This document shows positions 63,606-64,000 of a stretch of DNA of 64,000 bases, one piece after another; the first letter of the stretch is position 1, and each line of letters begins with the position of its first letter. Where the stretch lies: assembly GCA_002688315.1 (NCBI GenBank), contig NZCN01000001.1, positions 50,748-114,747 of the forward strand, written 5' to 3'. Below the pieces are notes generated by a model that was given only the letters and a program-made list of their open reading frames with translations, was not told the origin of the DNA and ran no database searches. The translations under genes were made by a program, and so were the position numbers. The DNA is from Candidatus Woesearchaeota archaeon (GTDB lineage Archaea; Nanobdellota; Nanobdellia; Woesearchaeales; UBA10216).

Positions 63606-64000
63606 ATGCAGAAAAAGGGGGCTGTTGAGGTAGACTGGATATTCAGCATAGCAATATTTCTGATTTATCTTACTTTGTTCTTTCTTTATTTAGCTCCTTT
63701 TACCACAGAGCAGCCTGAAGCTTCAGATACTTTGCTTGCTAATGTTGAAAGTAACTTAAGAGAAAACGCAACTTGGCATGTACAACGCATCCCGATATTT
63801 ACCAACTCAAACATTAGTGGAATTGAACCTCTTGTTGTTCCCTTTTTATTAAACTGGAAAAACTTGTCATTAGCTGATAACACATCCTTCTTCAGACAGG
63901 AAAACAAGCTCTTATTCAAAAGCAAACTTAATGAAGGGCCTAACATGAAATGGATTGTTAGCTCTGATGAAATTTACCCTCAGCCATCCATGACTGCTTT
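63606..64000 (+). CDS. Putative class III signal peptide (type IV pilin-like) protein, 3' end outside window
   Basis: ATG 63606 is in frame 3, which stays open to the window end. It is absent from the track because no stop falls in the window. The N-terminus MQKKG-AVEVDWIFSIAIFLIYLTLFFLY fits the K-G/A-hydrophobic prepilin pattern. Confidence 0.5.
   Translation, partial: MQKKGAVEVDWIFSIAIFLIYLTLFFLYLAPFTTEQPEASDTLLANVESNLRENATWHVQRIPIFTNSNISGIEPLVVPFLLNWKNLSLADNTSFFRQENKLLFKSKLNEGPNMKWIVSSDEIYPQPSMTA

Noticed and set aside
1-64000. Search for CRISPR arrays, rRNA genes, IS elements or transposases, integrases, reverse transcriptase/DGR components and long tandem repeats.
   Set aside because: None were found by eye. 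The only notable direct repeat is the gatE 3' duplication, and the short periodic DNA (21290-21360, 37030-37100, 61621-61728) is explained by low-complexity coding sequence.

Overview
This is an AT-rich, very gene-dense archaeal chromosome segment with short or overlapping intergenic gaps. The core content is archaeal information processing and housekeeping: ABCE1, SerRS, Orc1/Cdc6, Cdc48, GatD/GatE, TFE, CTP synthase, SecF/SecD, FtsZ, SecE-Spt5-L11, S17e, topoisomerase VI A/B, an aDim2-like KH protein, a P-type ATPase, Elp3, an NSUN-type m5C methyltransferase, YchF/OLA1, UMP kinase and DtdA, plus 7 tRNA genes. Small Lys-rich proteins, FtsZ-based division, intron-rich tRNAs and many orphan surface or membrane genes fit a small-genome (DPANN-like) archaeon; that placement is inference only. 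The observations most worth a second look are these. (1) Six of 7 tRNAs carry inserts, three of them at non-canonical sites: the D-loop of tRNA-Cys, the T-loop of tRNA-Arg(CCU), and the T-loop of a class-II Ser-like tRNA that also has an 8-nt anticodon loop. A GC-rich acceptor-stem-like minihelix lies between tRNA-Arg(UCU) and tRNA-Cys. (2) A HEPN/MNT cassette is bracketed by a duplicated gatE 3' end, next to an orphan-gene islet around tRNA-Thr. (3) Two orphan genes with the same extended consensus promoter are each broken by a -1 frameshift close to the 5' end. (4) ABCE1 has lost the Cys ligands of exactly one of its two Fe-S clusters. (5) L11 carries a ~100-aa stalk-like tail, and no L1/P0/P1 genes follow it. 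(6) Several multi-gene modules are uncharacterised: GTPase/DUF2073/Zn-ribbon, PIN/HTH/4xHTH, three paralogous membrane proteins plus a pilin-like gene, a MacB-type ABC operon with a surface protein, and two paralogous anchored proteins plus a minimal S2P protease. I recognised no rRNA, CRISPR array, transposase, integrase or reverse transcriptase. I cannot point to one clear-cut new multi-gene system with confidence. All family assignments come from motif recognition by eye, not from database searches.
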